From Methanothrix sp. (GTDB lineage: Archaea; Halobacteriota; Methanosarcinia; Methanotrichales; Methanotrichaceae), in assembly GCA_963682135.1 (NCBI GenBank), contig OY821645.1, positions 2,464,001 through 2,528,000 of the forward strand: 64,000 bases of DNA, read 5' to 3'. This document shows positions 9,712 through 18,961 of this stretch, piece after piece (positions within the stretch are counted from its first letter, which is position 1; every line of letters begins with the position of its first letter). The notes under the pieces are model-generated. The model had not been told where the DNA came from. It worked only from the letters and a program-made list of their open reading frames with translations, and did no database searches. A program made the translations under genes and the position numbers.

Positions 9712-10707
9712 ATGACGGAGCTAAGGAGACATTATTTCCTGGATGAATACTGCATCATTTCCCCAACGCGCGGGAAGAGGCCGTCTGATTTCCAGATAGA
9801 GAAGGCGGGCCCTGGAGACGAGGCAGCTTGCCCGTTTTGTCCGGGAAACGAGGAGATGACCCCGCCATCTGATGCCGTCTACACCAAGCAAGGGGTATTA
9901 TCTGATGGCCCGGCGAGGATCTCCGGCTGGGAGATGCGTGTCTTTCCCAATGTTTTTGCTGCCATGGTCCCATGCCCTGGGCCCGCCACTACAGAATGGA
10001 TAGCTCTGCCCGGGAAAGGCTTTCACGAGGTGATTGTAGACAGTCCGCGCCACAGAGAAAATCCGGCAGACTTCAGCCAGGAGCACATGGAAAAGCTCAT
10101 CATGGTCTACAAGGATCGCTATGTCCATTACTCGGGAAATGGCCTTGTGAAATATGTATCCATCTTCAAGAATTGGGGCAAGGAGGCGGGAGCATCGTTA
10201 TCTCACAGCCATTCCCAGCTCATCACCCTCCCTATTCTTCCCCCACGGATCAAAAGAGAGCTGGATGTCATCAGCCGTGCTTCGCGCTGTCCGTTCTGCA
10301 ATATCGTAGAGCAAGAGAAGAAGTCATGCCGGCTTGTCGGCGAGAACGAAGACTGGATTCTAATTGCACCCTTCTATTCTCTGGCACCCTATGAGACCTG
10401 GATCTTGCCTAAGAGGCATTTTTCCAACCTGGGAGAGATGCATGAGGCGGAAGGCAAAAGCCTGGCAGCTCTATTAAAGCAGGCCCTGGTGAGCATGCGA
10501 TCCGTCTTGAACGATCCGCCCTCAAACTCCATGATCTTCCAGCTTCCTCTCGGCTATCATCTCAATATCAGAATTCAGCCGGCTATTTCCAGGATCGCGG
10601 GTTTTGAGAGGGGTACCGGTGTTTACATCAACTCCGTTGCCCCGGAGTATGCAGCCGCACAGCTTTCGGCATTAGCAAAAAGTGATCTAATAGCGCCGAA
10701 AAGTTAA
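9712..10707 (+). CDS. galT: GalT-like hexose-1-phosphate nucleotidylyltransferase (HIT superfamily)
   Basis: RGKRP, CPFCPGNE, GASLSHSHSQ (HxHxQ), second CPFC. Confidence 0.88.
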   Translation: MTELRRHYFLDEYCIISPTRGKRPSDFQIEKAGPGDEAACPFCPGNEEMTPPSDAVYTKQGVLSDGPARISGWEMRVFPNVFAAMVPCPGPATTEWIALPGKGFHEVIVDSPRHRENPADFSQEHMEKLIMVYKDRYVHYSGNGLVKYVSIFKNWGKEAGASLSHSHSQLITLPILPPRIKRELDVISRASRCPFCNIVEQEKKSCRLVGENEDWILIAPFYSLAPYETWILPKRHFSNLGEMHEAEGKSLAALLKQALVSMRSVLNDPPSNSMIFQLPLGYHLNIRIQPAISRIAGFERGTGVYINSVAPEYAAAQLSALAKSDLIAPKS

Positions 10708-10831
10708 TCAATTATCCGACCCTAATAATCTGTAATTTGCCTATTTCATTCCTAATGTATTTCATGAAGCGTATCGTATGGATGAAAGATCAATAACAAT
10801 AGCTGCAGAGCAAGAAAATACCGGTGAATAG

Positions 10832-12007
10832 ATGCGAATTGGAATGCTCTCCTGGGAGAGTCTATACTCAATAAAGGTCGGCGGGGTGGCCCCCCACGTC
10901 TCGGAGATCTCGGAAGCGCTGGCCAGAAGGGGCCATGAAGTACACATCTTTACGCGCAGAGGTGATTTTGAATCTTATGACAAGATCAACGGCGTCCATT
11001 ACCAAAGGGTCGATGTAGATAGTTCGGGAGATGTTCTGGCTCAGATGAACCGCATGTGTGATGCACTCTATGAGCGCTTCGCAGCAGTGCAAAAGCTCTT
11101 CGGCAAATTCGACATAGTTCATGGTCATGATTGGCATCCGGTGTGCGCGTTGACCCGCATAAAGGAGGACTATGGCTTGCCATTCCTCCTGACCATGCAT
11201 AGCTCGGAATGGGGCCGGAATGGAAATCACTTCGGTTACGGCATATCTCAGGAGATCTCCCATCGTGAGTGGCTGGGCTGTTACGAAGCCTCCCAGGTGA
11301 TTGTGACCACCAGGCGCATGCAAGACGAGCTGATGTGGATATACAGCCTGCCTGAAGACAAAATTCGCATCATACCAAACGGCATCATTATGGGAAAGAT
11401 GAGAAAGGGGCGGGACGCCGGCCGGGTCAAGGAGAAATACGGCATTCACCCCATGTCTCCAATGGTGCTCTTCTGCGGCAGGATGAGCATCCAGAAGGGA
11501 CCGGACCTGCTGGTTGAGGCGGTGCCTCATATCTTGAGAAACAGATCCGATGTTCATTTTGTCTTCATGGGGGAGGGAGGCATGAGGCCGGACTGCGAGA
11601 GGAGGGCTCGCGAGCTTGGTGTAGCGGATGCCTGCCGATTCCTGGGATACACATCCAGCGCCGAGAAAGAGGAACTGGTCAATGCTTGCGATCTGATGTG
11701 CGTTCCCAGCAGGAACGAGCCTTTTGGCGTTGTGGTCCTGGAGGCCTGGGATGCCTGCAAGCCGGTGGTAGCGACGGAGGCGGTGAGCATAATAAACAAT
11801 TTTGAGGACGGTCTCCTGGCCTATATTCAACCGGAGTCCATCGCCTGGTGCATAAACCGGCTGTTGGCCAATCCCGAAGAGATGACGAAGTTAGCCCGAG
11901 CAGGATGCAGCCGGATTGATACCGAGTTTAGCTGGGATCGTATTGCCAAGAGGACGGAAGACGTTTACGAAGAGGCGAGAAGACATAACCAACCGAAAGG
12001 TTCTTGA
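10832..12007 (+). CDS. GT4 glycosyltransferase
   Basis: KVGGVAPHV, HGHDW, QKGPD and PSRNEPFGVVVLEAW; GGTGA SD 4 nt upstream. Confidence 0.9.
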   Translation: MRIGMLSWESLYSIKVGGVAPHVSEISEALARRGHEVHIFTRRGDFESYDKINGVHYQRVDVDSSGDVLAQMNRMCDALYERFAAVQKLFGKFDIVHGHDWHPVCALTRIKEDYGLPFLLTMHSSEWGRNGNHFGYGISQEISHREWLGCYEASQVIVTTRRMQDELMWIYSLPEDKIRIIPNGIIMGKMRKGRDAGRVKEKYGIHPMSPMVLFCGRMSIQKGPDLLVEAVPHILRNRSDVHFVFMGEGGMRPDCERRARELGVADACRFLGYTSSAEKEELVNACDLMCVPSRNEPFGVVVLEAWDACKPVVATEAVSIINNFEDGLLAYIQPESIAWCINRLLANPEEMTKLARAGCSRIDTEFSWDRIAKRTEDVYEEARRHNQPKGS

Positions 12008-12035
12008 AGGGTGAGCAGCACAAGGGGCTCTTGGC

Positions 12036-12109
12036 GCCTCGATAGCTTAGCCCGGTATAGCGCGTCCTTGGTAAGGACGAGGTCGCGGGTTCGAATCCCG
12101 TCCGAGGCT
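12036..12109 (+). tRNA. tRNA-Thr(GGT)
   Basis: GCCTCGA...CGTCC-TTGGTAA-GGACG...GCGGG TTCGAAT CCCGT CCGAGGC T, followed by an oligo-T terminator-like run. Confidence 0.92.
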
Positions 12110-12154
12110 TTAATTTTTTTTTGTTTTGATTGGCTTTATAGTGGGGGAGTTGAT

Positions 12155-12580
12155 ATGGATAAGAAATGCATATTGATTATTGACGATGATAGAGGCATAC
12201 TCGAGGGCTTCAAGCTAATCTTAGAGCGGAAAGGTTATCTAACTGATACGGCAGAGACCGGCAGTGAAGCCATAGAAAAGGTGCAAAGCAATTATTTTAA
12301 CCTGGCATTAATCGATACCAAGCTTCCTGATATGGATGGTACTGCTCTTCTCTCGGAATTTCGCCAGCTTAATCCGGAGATGAAAAAGATCATCATTACG
12401 GGTTTTTCCACTCGAGAAAATGCCATTCTATGCCTGAACCTGGGGGCAGACGCATATTTAGAAAAGCCTGTAACTCCTGGAAAATTGCTGGAGTTCGTTG
12501 CAGCGAAATTGGCAGAACAGGAATATGAGATCAAGTATCATGAGGATACTGTGAATAAGTTGCTCCAATCTCGCAAGTAA
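12155..12580 (+). CDS. Stand-alone response regulator receiver protein
   Basis: ILIIDDD, LIDTKLPDMDG, IIITG and YLEKP; start moved to ATG 12155 because the upstream part of the ORF is the tRNA. Confidence 0.9.
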   Translation: MDKKCILIIDDDRGILEGFKLILERKGYLTDTAETGSEAIEKVQSNYFNLALIDTKLPDMDGTALLSEFRQLNPEMKKIIITGFSTRENAILCLNLGADAYLEKPVTPGKLLEFVAAKLAEQEYEIKYHEDTVNKLLQSRK

Positions 12581-12606
12581 TTTTATTAACCTAAATAATA
12601 TACAAA

Positions 12607-12785
12607 TCCTCCGTCAGCCCATAAAGCCGGGACCCCGTCGATCAGCCCGTCCGTGGCCTCGATCTGGCGCAGCAGGGCAGTTTTTTCGTGAGGAGTGCCG
12701 GCTTGGGGGAGCCGCTTGTGCGAGAAGCGAGCAATCTCTGCACCAGGGAGACCATGCGGTCATGACGAGCGATGTCGGCGGGATC
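12607..12785 (-). repeat. Array repeat R7 (degenerate 3' end of type IIG RM gene)
   Basis: Minus strand encodes DPADIARHDRMVSLVQRLLA / KRLPQAGTPHEKTALLRQIEATDG / RLYGLTE with frameshifts. Confidence 0.9.
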
Positions 12786-12844
12786 CTCCAATAGTTTAAA
12801 ATTATTTTTTAAGGTAGGATATAACTCTCTCTGCCCTGATCAAA

Positions 12845-14575
12845 CCCAACCTCCCGGATCAAGTAGACACATTAACCGGTCGATCTCAATTATAAAGCTC
12901 CTATTTTGAAAAACAACCCTGACTAAGCCCACTTAGCGAAAGATATTTATACTATATGCGCCTACTATTATTGAGGCGCATAATGCAAACCACTCGACGA
13001 ATCAAAGTGAAAAATGGGATCGAATATTGGTACGAAGAAACACCTTACTATGACAAGGAGAAAAAACAGATCAGACATAAATCAAAATATTTAGGAAGAA
13101 ACGTAGATGGCCAGCCGGTCCGGATGCGTTCCGCCCCTGACGAGGTCAAAGAGAAGACGAAAAAGAAAACAGAGGCGATCAAGTCATCATTTGATTATGG
13201 CTCCATATTCGTTCTTCAGTCAATTATGGAAGAGCTTCATATGGATCGCTATCTGGAAGTTTTGTTGTCTCCTTCGGAAGTGTCCATGGTTCGCGCATTG
13301 GCATTTAACCGGATTATACGACCTACTGCAATGAGGAATGTAGATTCATGGTACGAAGGAACCTCTCTTGCCCTCGAATCTCCGCAAATCAATCTTACCA
13401 GTCAGCGAGTAAGTGAGCTTCTCGGTCGATTGGGTGAAAGCAATATTCCAGACAGATTCATGTCCCAGCTTATCGAAGGAACCGGTACGAAAGACACACT
13501 CATTTACGATATTACGAGCCTGTCAAGTTACTCTCAACTCATCAATATTCTTGAGTACGGGTACAATCGTGATGGCGAGTCTCTTCCGCAAATCAATCTG
13601 TCCCTGATTCTGGATAAGGATAAAGGGATACCCGTGATGTATGACATCTTCCCCGGCAGTATTTCCGATGTCAGTACGCTTTCCGGCACTCTAAAAAAGA
13701 TAAAAGCGCATGGCATCCAAAATTATGTTGCTGTGATGGATTGTGGATTTTTCAGCTTGAGCAACCTTCGCGAGCTGATGACGAATAAAATCTCATTTAT
13801 TATGGCGGCCAGATTGCAGTTGAATGATTTGAAGCACCTGCTGACGGAAGTGCAAAAGGATCTTGATGATGTAAAATATCTCCACAAGTTTAACAAGGAT
13901 CCCATTTTTGCCAAACCAATTTCATATATTATTGATTCAATTGAAATCAGGGGGTATGTTTATTATGATCCCAAATTAGAGCAAACCGAGAAGCAGACAC
14001 TCCTAAGCAGACTCTATGATATTCGTGAAGAGTTGCTCAAGGTGCGCTTGAATAAGAACAGTAACCCCCACGTAGTTTTCAAAGATAAAGCACACGGATT
14101 TGGAAACTTCTTCGACTGGAATGTTATGGATAATCGCTTTGAAGTTACGATAAAACAAAACGCAGTTGCACAAAGAATGAACAAAATGGGCAAGTATATT
14201 ATATTCTACTCAGGAAACTTTGACGAGATGAAGTGCCTTTCTCTCTATCGCGAACGCGATGAAATTGAAAAGAGCTTCAAGGCATTGAAAAGCGAAATTG
14301 ACATCCTTCCATTGAATACTCATGGCGAAGAGACAACAAGAGGATTCATTTTTATCGCTTTCCTGAGTCTGATTATAAGGTCACGACTGATAAATATGAT
14401 GAAGGATGCAGAGATACTAGACAAATATTCTGTTGAACTTCTTCTGCTGCAATTGGAGAAATTAAGAAAAATTGCTCTTGCAGACGGACAGATAATAGTC
14501 ACCGAAATGACAAAAAAACAGAGGGAAATTCTTCAGGCGCTAGACTTGTGCGCCTGAACTTTTCGGGAGGTTGGG
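12845..14575 (+). mobile_element. IS1634-family insertion sequence
   Basis: Terminal inverted repeats CCCAACCTCCCG / CGGGAGGTTGGG; 6-bp target duplication ATCAAA at 12839-12844 and 14576-14581. Confidence 0.93.
12956..14557 (+). CDS. IS1634-family DDE transposase (start possibly 12983)
   Basis: YDITS, GYNRDG..LPQINL, VMDCGF and YRERDEIEKSFKALK. Confidence 0.92.
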   Translation: MRLLLLRRIMQTTRRIKVKNGIEYWYEETPYYDKEKKQIRHKSKYLGRNVDGQPVRMRSAPDEVKEKTKKKTEAIKSSFDYGSIFVLQSIMEELHMDRYLEVLLSPSEVSMVRALAFNRIIRPTAMRNVDSWYEGTSLALESPQINLTSQRVSELLGRLGESNIPDRFMSQLIEGTGTKDTLIYDITSLSSYSQLINILEYGYNRDGESLPQINLSLILDKDKGIPVMYDIFPGSISDVSTLSGTLKKIKAHGIQNYVAVMDCGFFSLSNLRELMTNKISFIMAARLQLNDLKHLLTEVQKDLDDVKYLHKFNKDPIFAKPISYIIDSIEIRGYVYYDPKLEQTEKQTLLSRLYDIREELLKVRLNKNSNPHVVFKDKAHGFGNFFDWNVMDNRFEVTIKQNAVAQRMNKMGKYIIFYSGNFDEMKCLSLYRERDEIEKSFKALKSEIDILPLNTHGEETTRGFIFIAFLSLIIRSRLINMMKDAEILDKYSVELLLLQLEKLRKIALADGQIIVTEMTKKQREILQALDLCA

Positions 14576-14900
14576 ATCAAAGCATCCTGAGACATTGAAG
14601 ACAAACCACTGATCGAATCGTCATAATCAGCTCTATTACGATGATTTCGCAAACGCCTTAATTCTAAGGCCAGTTTCCTTCCATTACTTCTTTTGCCCAA
14701 GCAGTAGAGCTGGCTAATGACATAACTATGGACGCTTTCATCGGGAATGATCTTATGCTCCTCATCTCTAAGATGGTTTCTAGCGGTACAAAAGGCCGCG
14801 TAGTATGCCCTGCTGATTGATGAGCGAAGCCTTGCCTCATCTTTCTCGTCGGATGATGCCAGACTTTTTGCCAGGCTCAAGTAGCGACACCATTCGAAGC

Positions 14901-15272
14901 CTATTCGTACTCCACCTGGATGAGCAGCTTAGAGTCTGACGCATCTGAGACATTGAGCAACCAATTATCGTCCAGTTGATCCAATTTATCAATGGCATCT
15001 TGCGGTGATAGATCGGTGCAGATATAGACGACCAACTGTTTGTCGCCGATCTCGTCTGGATCAGTCACTACTTCTAAGAATAGGATCTCTGAAGGGAAAA
15101 AATTTCGTATTCGACTGTAGGCCTCCATTAGCAAAGGCAAAAGATGCGGATTGCTGCCAACAAAGTCGTACACATCTGCCGCGGTCTTCAGTGTATACTT
15201 GTTATTTAGGTGTACCATGTCATGATTTCGCATGGTATCTCCTCGGTCTCCAACATCCGCCTCAGTGATCAT
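14901..15272 (-). CDS. Putative antitoxin partner of the HEPN toxin
   Basis: Acidic 123-aa protein (LEVVTDPDE...LDQLDDNW) whose stop overlaps the HEPN start. Confidence 0.65.
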   Translation of the reverse strand: MITEADVGDRGDTMRNHDMVHLNNKYTLKTAADVYDFVGSNPHLLPLLMEAYSRIRNFFPSEILFLEVVTDPDEIGDKQLVVYICTDLSPQDAIDKLDQLDDNWLLNVSDASDSKLLIQVEYE

Positions 15273-15357
15273 CAGAATTCCTCTTCGTCGGCATGAAATA
15301 AATAGATTTCATCGGCAAATCAGTCTGCCATATCCAGGGTGTCTACCTGGGACTTCC

Positions 15358-15514
15358 GCTTCCCCAATCCCGATCTCCTCTTCCGGCAGACCGTAAAGCT
15401 GGTCTCCCGTCGATCAGCCCGTCCGTGGCCTCGATCCGGCGCTGCATGGCAGTTTTCTCGTGAGGCTTGGCAGCTTCGGGGAGCTGTTTGTGCGAGAGCG
15501 AGCATTTTATCCAC
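15358..15514 (-). repeat. Array repeat R6
   Basis: VDKMLA / KQLPEAAKPHEKTAMQRRIEATDG / LYGLPEEEIGI, frameshifted. Confidence 0.9.
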
Positions 15515-15590
15515 TTTGGATTATCATTTTAACGATCGCAAGGTTAAAATTGCTGCAACCCATTAGTAGGAATAGGGGGAATAGTGCACT

Positions 15591-15851
15591 GTGCCGTTTA
15601 CCAAAGTTGATGAAAAAGGCAGAATGGTTCTACCTAATGAAATCAGGCGCAAGATGAAGATCTCACCTGGTGATGAATTTGTTGTGGACGAGGTCGGGCC
15701 GGACACAATTCTAATTAGAAAAGTGGATGTAAGATCCATGATTCATGATGCGATTGAGCGTGCCAAGTCTGTAGACCTCGATAAGCTCCAAAAAGAGATG
15801 GACGAAGAGGGAAACAGAGTTGCCAGAAAGATGTACAAGGTTCTTGATTGA
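15591..15851 (+). CDS. AbrB/MazE-type antitoxin
   Basis: TKVDEKGRMVLPNEIRRKMKISPGDE signature. Confidence 0.9.
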   Translation: MPFTKVDEKGRMVLPNEIRRKMKISPGDEFVVDEVGPDTILIRKVDVRSMIHDAIERAKSVDLDKLQKEMDEEGNRVARKMYKVLD

Positions 15852-16233
15852 CTCCAATCTATTTATTGCGGCGGTAAAGAGCGGTTGGACGAATAGTTCA
15901 AAGCTTCTCTCTGTCCTCCTGGATGGCTCTTTCGAATTGGTTGCAAACAAATCTTTGTTTGCGGAGTATGAGAAGTATGCTCAGCAACTTGATGCACAAT
16001 ATATCTTCTATTACATGAAAAGCAGGATTATTTTGACTGATCAGTCCGAAAACGAGGTGCAGAGATGCAAGCCATTCTTTCCTGAAAGTCAGGCCGCTGA
16101 TGTGGTTCATGCTGCAACCTGTCTTCATACCGCAGCGGTCTTAATCACAAATGATAAACATTTTGATAAAATAAGAGATGCAGGCCTCATAAGAGTTTGG
16201 AGCATCTCCGAGGCTATTAAGAATCTACTTTGA
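15820..16233 (+). CDS. PIN-domain (VapC-like) toxin
   Basis: FLIDSNLF, EYE, ADVVHAAT and LITNDKHF; overlaps the AbrB gene. Confidence 0.88.
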   Translation: MPERCTRFLIDSNLFIAAVKSGWTNSSKLLSVLLDGSFELVANKSLFAEYEKYAQQLDAQYIFYYMKSRIILTDQSENEVQRCKPFFPESQAADVVHAATCLHTAAVLITNDKHFDKIRDAGLIRVWSISEAIKNLL

Positions 16234-16265
16234 ATATCTCAAACTGAATTATCTTCAACCATGTT

Positions 16266-16500
16266 CTATCCTGCATCTTCCACAATCCTGATCTCCTCTT
16301 CAGTCAGCCCGTATAGCTCGTAGACCAGCGCGTCGATCTGTCCGTCCGTGGCCTCGATCTGCCGCTGCAGGGCAGTTTTTTCGTGAGGCATGGCAGCTTC
16401 GAGGAGCTGTTTATGCAGGGCGAGCATCTTCTCCACCAGGGAGACAAGCGAATCGTGGCGGGCGACGTCGGCGGGGTCGGAGAAAGCGATGGTGCGGATT
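16266..16500 (-). repeat. Array repeat R5 (only fully in-frame copy)
   Basis: IRTIAFSDPADVARHDSLVSLVEKMLALHKQLLEAAMPHEKTALQRQIEATDGQIDALVYELYGLTEEEIRIVEDAG*, the typical C-terminal helical segment of Eco57I-like type IIG RM enzymes. Confidence 0.92.
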
Positions 16501-16578
16501 AGGAAAATTTCTGCTTGAAATATTTCATGGGTCGCGTAGGTCCAGACTGTTGCAGTTCTCGGCAAGTTGGCAAAAGAA

Positions 16579-16872
16579 TTAGATTTTGAGCTTGCCCCTT
16601 GCCTCCAGCAAAGACACTAAACTCTCTGCTGACATAGGACATTCTATCAGATCATCGAGTTCGCGGATCGACTCAAGATGCAACTCTTTTTTCATAGCAT
16701 TCAAGAGTCGATCCTCGTATTCATCCAGGCCGTGACTGATCCAAGTAAATATGCTGGTCTTTTTTCCACTAACATATAATGTATATTTTATATGTTTTGA
16801 TTTGCCTTTTTTTGGAGAGAATCCTTTTTTCGTCAGAGATGCTACGATCTTCCTGGTCTTATACGCTGGCAT
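16579..16872 (-). CDS. HicA-like toxin
   Basis: Basic 97 aa; LTKKGF...SKH...T.ISHG pattern. Confidence 0.7.
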   Translation of the reverse strand: MPAYKTRKIVASLTKKGFSPKKGKSKHIKYTLYVSGKKTSIFTWISHGLDEYEDRLLNAMKKELHLESIRELDDLIECPMSAESLVSLLEARGKLKI

Positions 16873-17923
16873 TTGACTTTTCTACTCCAAACGAGGCGAT
16901 CAATTCCTTTCGAAAATCCATAGCATCCCGGCTAAGCAGTTCGAGGCCGGTTTCCACATAATCTTCCCATAGAATTTCTATTTCTTCGTTCAAATCTTCA
17001 ATTGCAGCCTTGAGGGTCGAGCCATATCCTCGCAAATGGAACTTATCATTTGAGACCCAATATTGATCATCCTCGTAGATCACTTCAAGCAAAATAGGCA
17101 CCTTCAAATTCAGCGATCTTCCCTTCATTCTGATCTTATCCAACGGCACCAATTCCAGATACTCGATAGATTTTTCGTTCACCAGGCGGAGGGCATACTT
17201 GCCTCCCTTCTCCAGTGCCATTATGCCTCTAATGAGAACCAAACGACCAATATTTTCAATGATCCTGTCTTCAAGGTCTTGGGCATATGTACAGGTAACT
17301 ACGCCTTCAAAAGTATCTATTTGAAAGCTCCTTCTCTGATCTACCCTCACTTCCATCAGTCGTCCAACAACTGATTTCTCAACGTTTTCCGGCTGCCTGG
17401 AAAGCACATTTCGAAATACATGCTTATGAGATGGCTGCAACCTCATTATGTCATGTTTTCCAAAGCCAAGACCAACATTATATTCAGATTGCTCATCCGG
17501 CCATATCGCATCAAGCTCATGAAGTACTCTAGTAAGCCGATGCTCATTTTTCATAGTCTCTGAAAGCGCGTGGGCAATATCCCTCTCTTGGGAGACGTTG
17601 ACAAGGATTTTATCCGCGATCAAAAGTGCCTTTTCACCATAAGTCACACCGCCGGGAAGACACATCTGCGAATCCGAAATCATCAATTCAGCTTCGACGC
17701 TACCGATATGCATTCCACTGATGACCAGTTCAGCTTTCTCCTTAACACTGTTTGGGAAATCCCCTGCTTTGCGTGTAGGGTTTCCTTCCAGCTCATCAAT
17801 GATATAAAAAAGAATATTCTGCAATCTCTGAAATATTCCTGCTACAAAAAGGGCTGAAATTTGACCATTATTCCTGGTCTTTGACTCAACTAACAATTTT
17901 ATCCGTTTAGTTTCATCGCCCAT
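16859..17923 (-). CDS. 354-aa protein with C-terminal HicB-like domain (putative antitoxin)
   Basis: C-terminal LEVIYEDDQYWVSNDKFHLRGYGSTLKAAIEDL resembles the HicB fold; overlaps the HicA-like gene. Confidence 0.6.
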   Translation of the reverse strand: MGDETKRIKLLVESKTRNNGQISALFVAGIFQRLQNILFYIIDELEGNPTRKAGDFPNSVKEKAELVISGMHIGSVEAELMISDSQMCLPGGVTYGEKALLIADKILVNVSQERDIAHALSETMKNEHRLTRVLHELDAIWPDEQSEYNVGLGFGKHDIMRLQPSHKHVFRNVLSRQPENVEKSVVGRLMEVRVDQRRSFQIDTFEGVVTCTYAQDLEDRIIENIGRLVLIRGIMALEKGGKYALRLVNEKSIEYLELVPLDKIRMKGRSLNLKVPILLEVIYEDDQYWVSNDKFHLRGYGSTLKAAIEDLNEEIEILWEDYVETGLELLSRDAMDFRKELIASFGVEKSNASV

Positions 17924-18000
17924 AGGTCCACCGTTTATTTATGCCCTTATTTCTACATATCCTTATCGTTTCAGTTTCTGAAAGTTCTTTATTGAAGTTT

Positions 18001-18192
18001 CTACTTGTTCGCCTTCTCCACAATCCCGATCTCCTCTTCCGTCAGCCCGTAAAGCCGGAACCCCGTCGATCAGCCCGTGCGTGGCCTCGATCTGTCGCTC
18101 CAGGGCAGTTTTTTCGTGAGGCGTGGCAGCTTCGGGGAGCTGTTTATGCGAGAAGCGAGCATTCTCTCCACGAGGGAGACCATGCGATATGC
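18001..18192 (-). repeat. Array repeat R4
   Basis: RMVSLVERMLA / KQLPEAATPHEKTALERQIEAT / RLYGLTEEEIGIVEKANK*, frameshifted. Confidence 0.9.
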
Positions 18193-18197
18193 CATTT

Positions 18198-18584
18198 TTA
18201 GTTCTGTTTTCCCACAGATCTCACAACATTGATAAAATCTTCGATTTGAATATTCGAGATGTCAAGCGCGGCAAGAAGCCCTTCATCATCCATTAAGCGC
18301 TTCATCAGCCGTCTCGTGACCTCTGAGTCGTATGCTTTATCGTGATGATCCAAATTTATAAACACGACGGCGTTTTCAAAAATTAAATAAACGACAACGA
18401 AGTGCTCTGAAATATGTAATGCTCTCAGTCCTCTGAGATTATGGCTCTTGGGCTCGCCTATCTCTGGATTTTGCCGAATACACTTCATTTTATTTATTAC
18501 TTGAAGCTTAAACGTTCTATTTTTACCAGTTAATTTAGAAAATTTCTTGTCAAAATAACCGGTAGTAATGGATTTAAATGCCAT
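18198..18584 (-). CDS. RelE/ParE-family toxin
   Basis: FDKKFSKL...NPEIGEPKSHNLRGLRALHI..FVVVY...LDHHDKAY. Confidence 0.85.
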   Translation of the reverse strand: MAFKSITTGYFDKKFSKLTGKNRTFKLQVINKMKCIRQNPEIGEPKSHNLRGLRALHISEHFVVVYLIFENAVVFINLDHHDKAYDSEVTRRLMKRLMDDEGLLAALDISNIQIEDFINVVRSVGKQN

Positions 18585-18603
18585 TTGTGATCAAAATTGA
18601 GAT

Positions 18604-18777
18604 TTATAGGCGCATCAAGTGGGCTTCCATCTCCTCGTCATCCTCAAAGACTGTGTAGCGTCCCCCAGCAAAATCCTTTAGACCTTTCACAATACCTTCA
18701 ATGAAGTCTTCCTCTTTCTTTGCTTCTTTATTTGGGATAACTTCCATTTCTGCATTAAGAGGATGTGAACATGCCAT
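18604..18777 (-). CDS. 57-aa putative antitoxin (not in ORF track)
   Basis: MACSHPLNAEMEVIPNKEAKKEEDFIEGIVKGLKDFAGGRYTVFEDDEEMEAHLMRL*; acidic, directly upstream of RelE, TTTAAATA about 25 nt upstream. Confidence 0.7.
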   Translation of the reverse strand: MACSHPLNAEMEVIPNKEAKKEEDFIEGIVKGLKDFAGGRYTVFEDDEEMEAHLMRL

Positions 18778-18961
18778 GCTCTTATGATATCGTCATGATC
18801 GTATTTAAATCCATTGTGCTCTGAGGGCTTTGCTGCATCTCTCCCAATGTTATCCTTCTAGTTTATGCATCTGCAAATATTCGTATTGGAAACCAACATC
18901 ATCCTCATCAAGGCAATCTATTTCTTCCTTATCACGGCGTCGGTCTGTCGTGCCTCGTTTT

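Larger units (their letters stand above)
12802..14904 (-). pseudogene. HEPN-domain toxin interrupted by IS1634
   Basis: SISRAYYAAF...LRNHRNRADY; removing the IS and one ATCAAA restores ...SQDALIRAERVISYLKK* ending at 12802; expected start reads ATA GGC TTC GAA TGG. Confidence 0.85.

Noticed and set aside
12011-12154. N-terminal extension of the response regulator, and similarly ORF 3070..3360
   Set aside because: Both overlap tRNA genes or IS ends.
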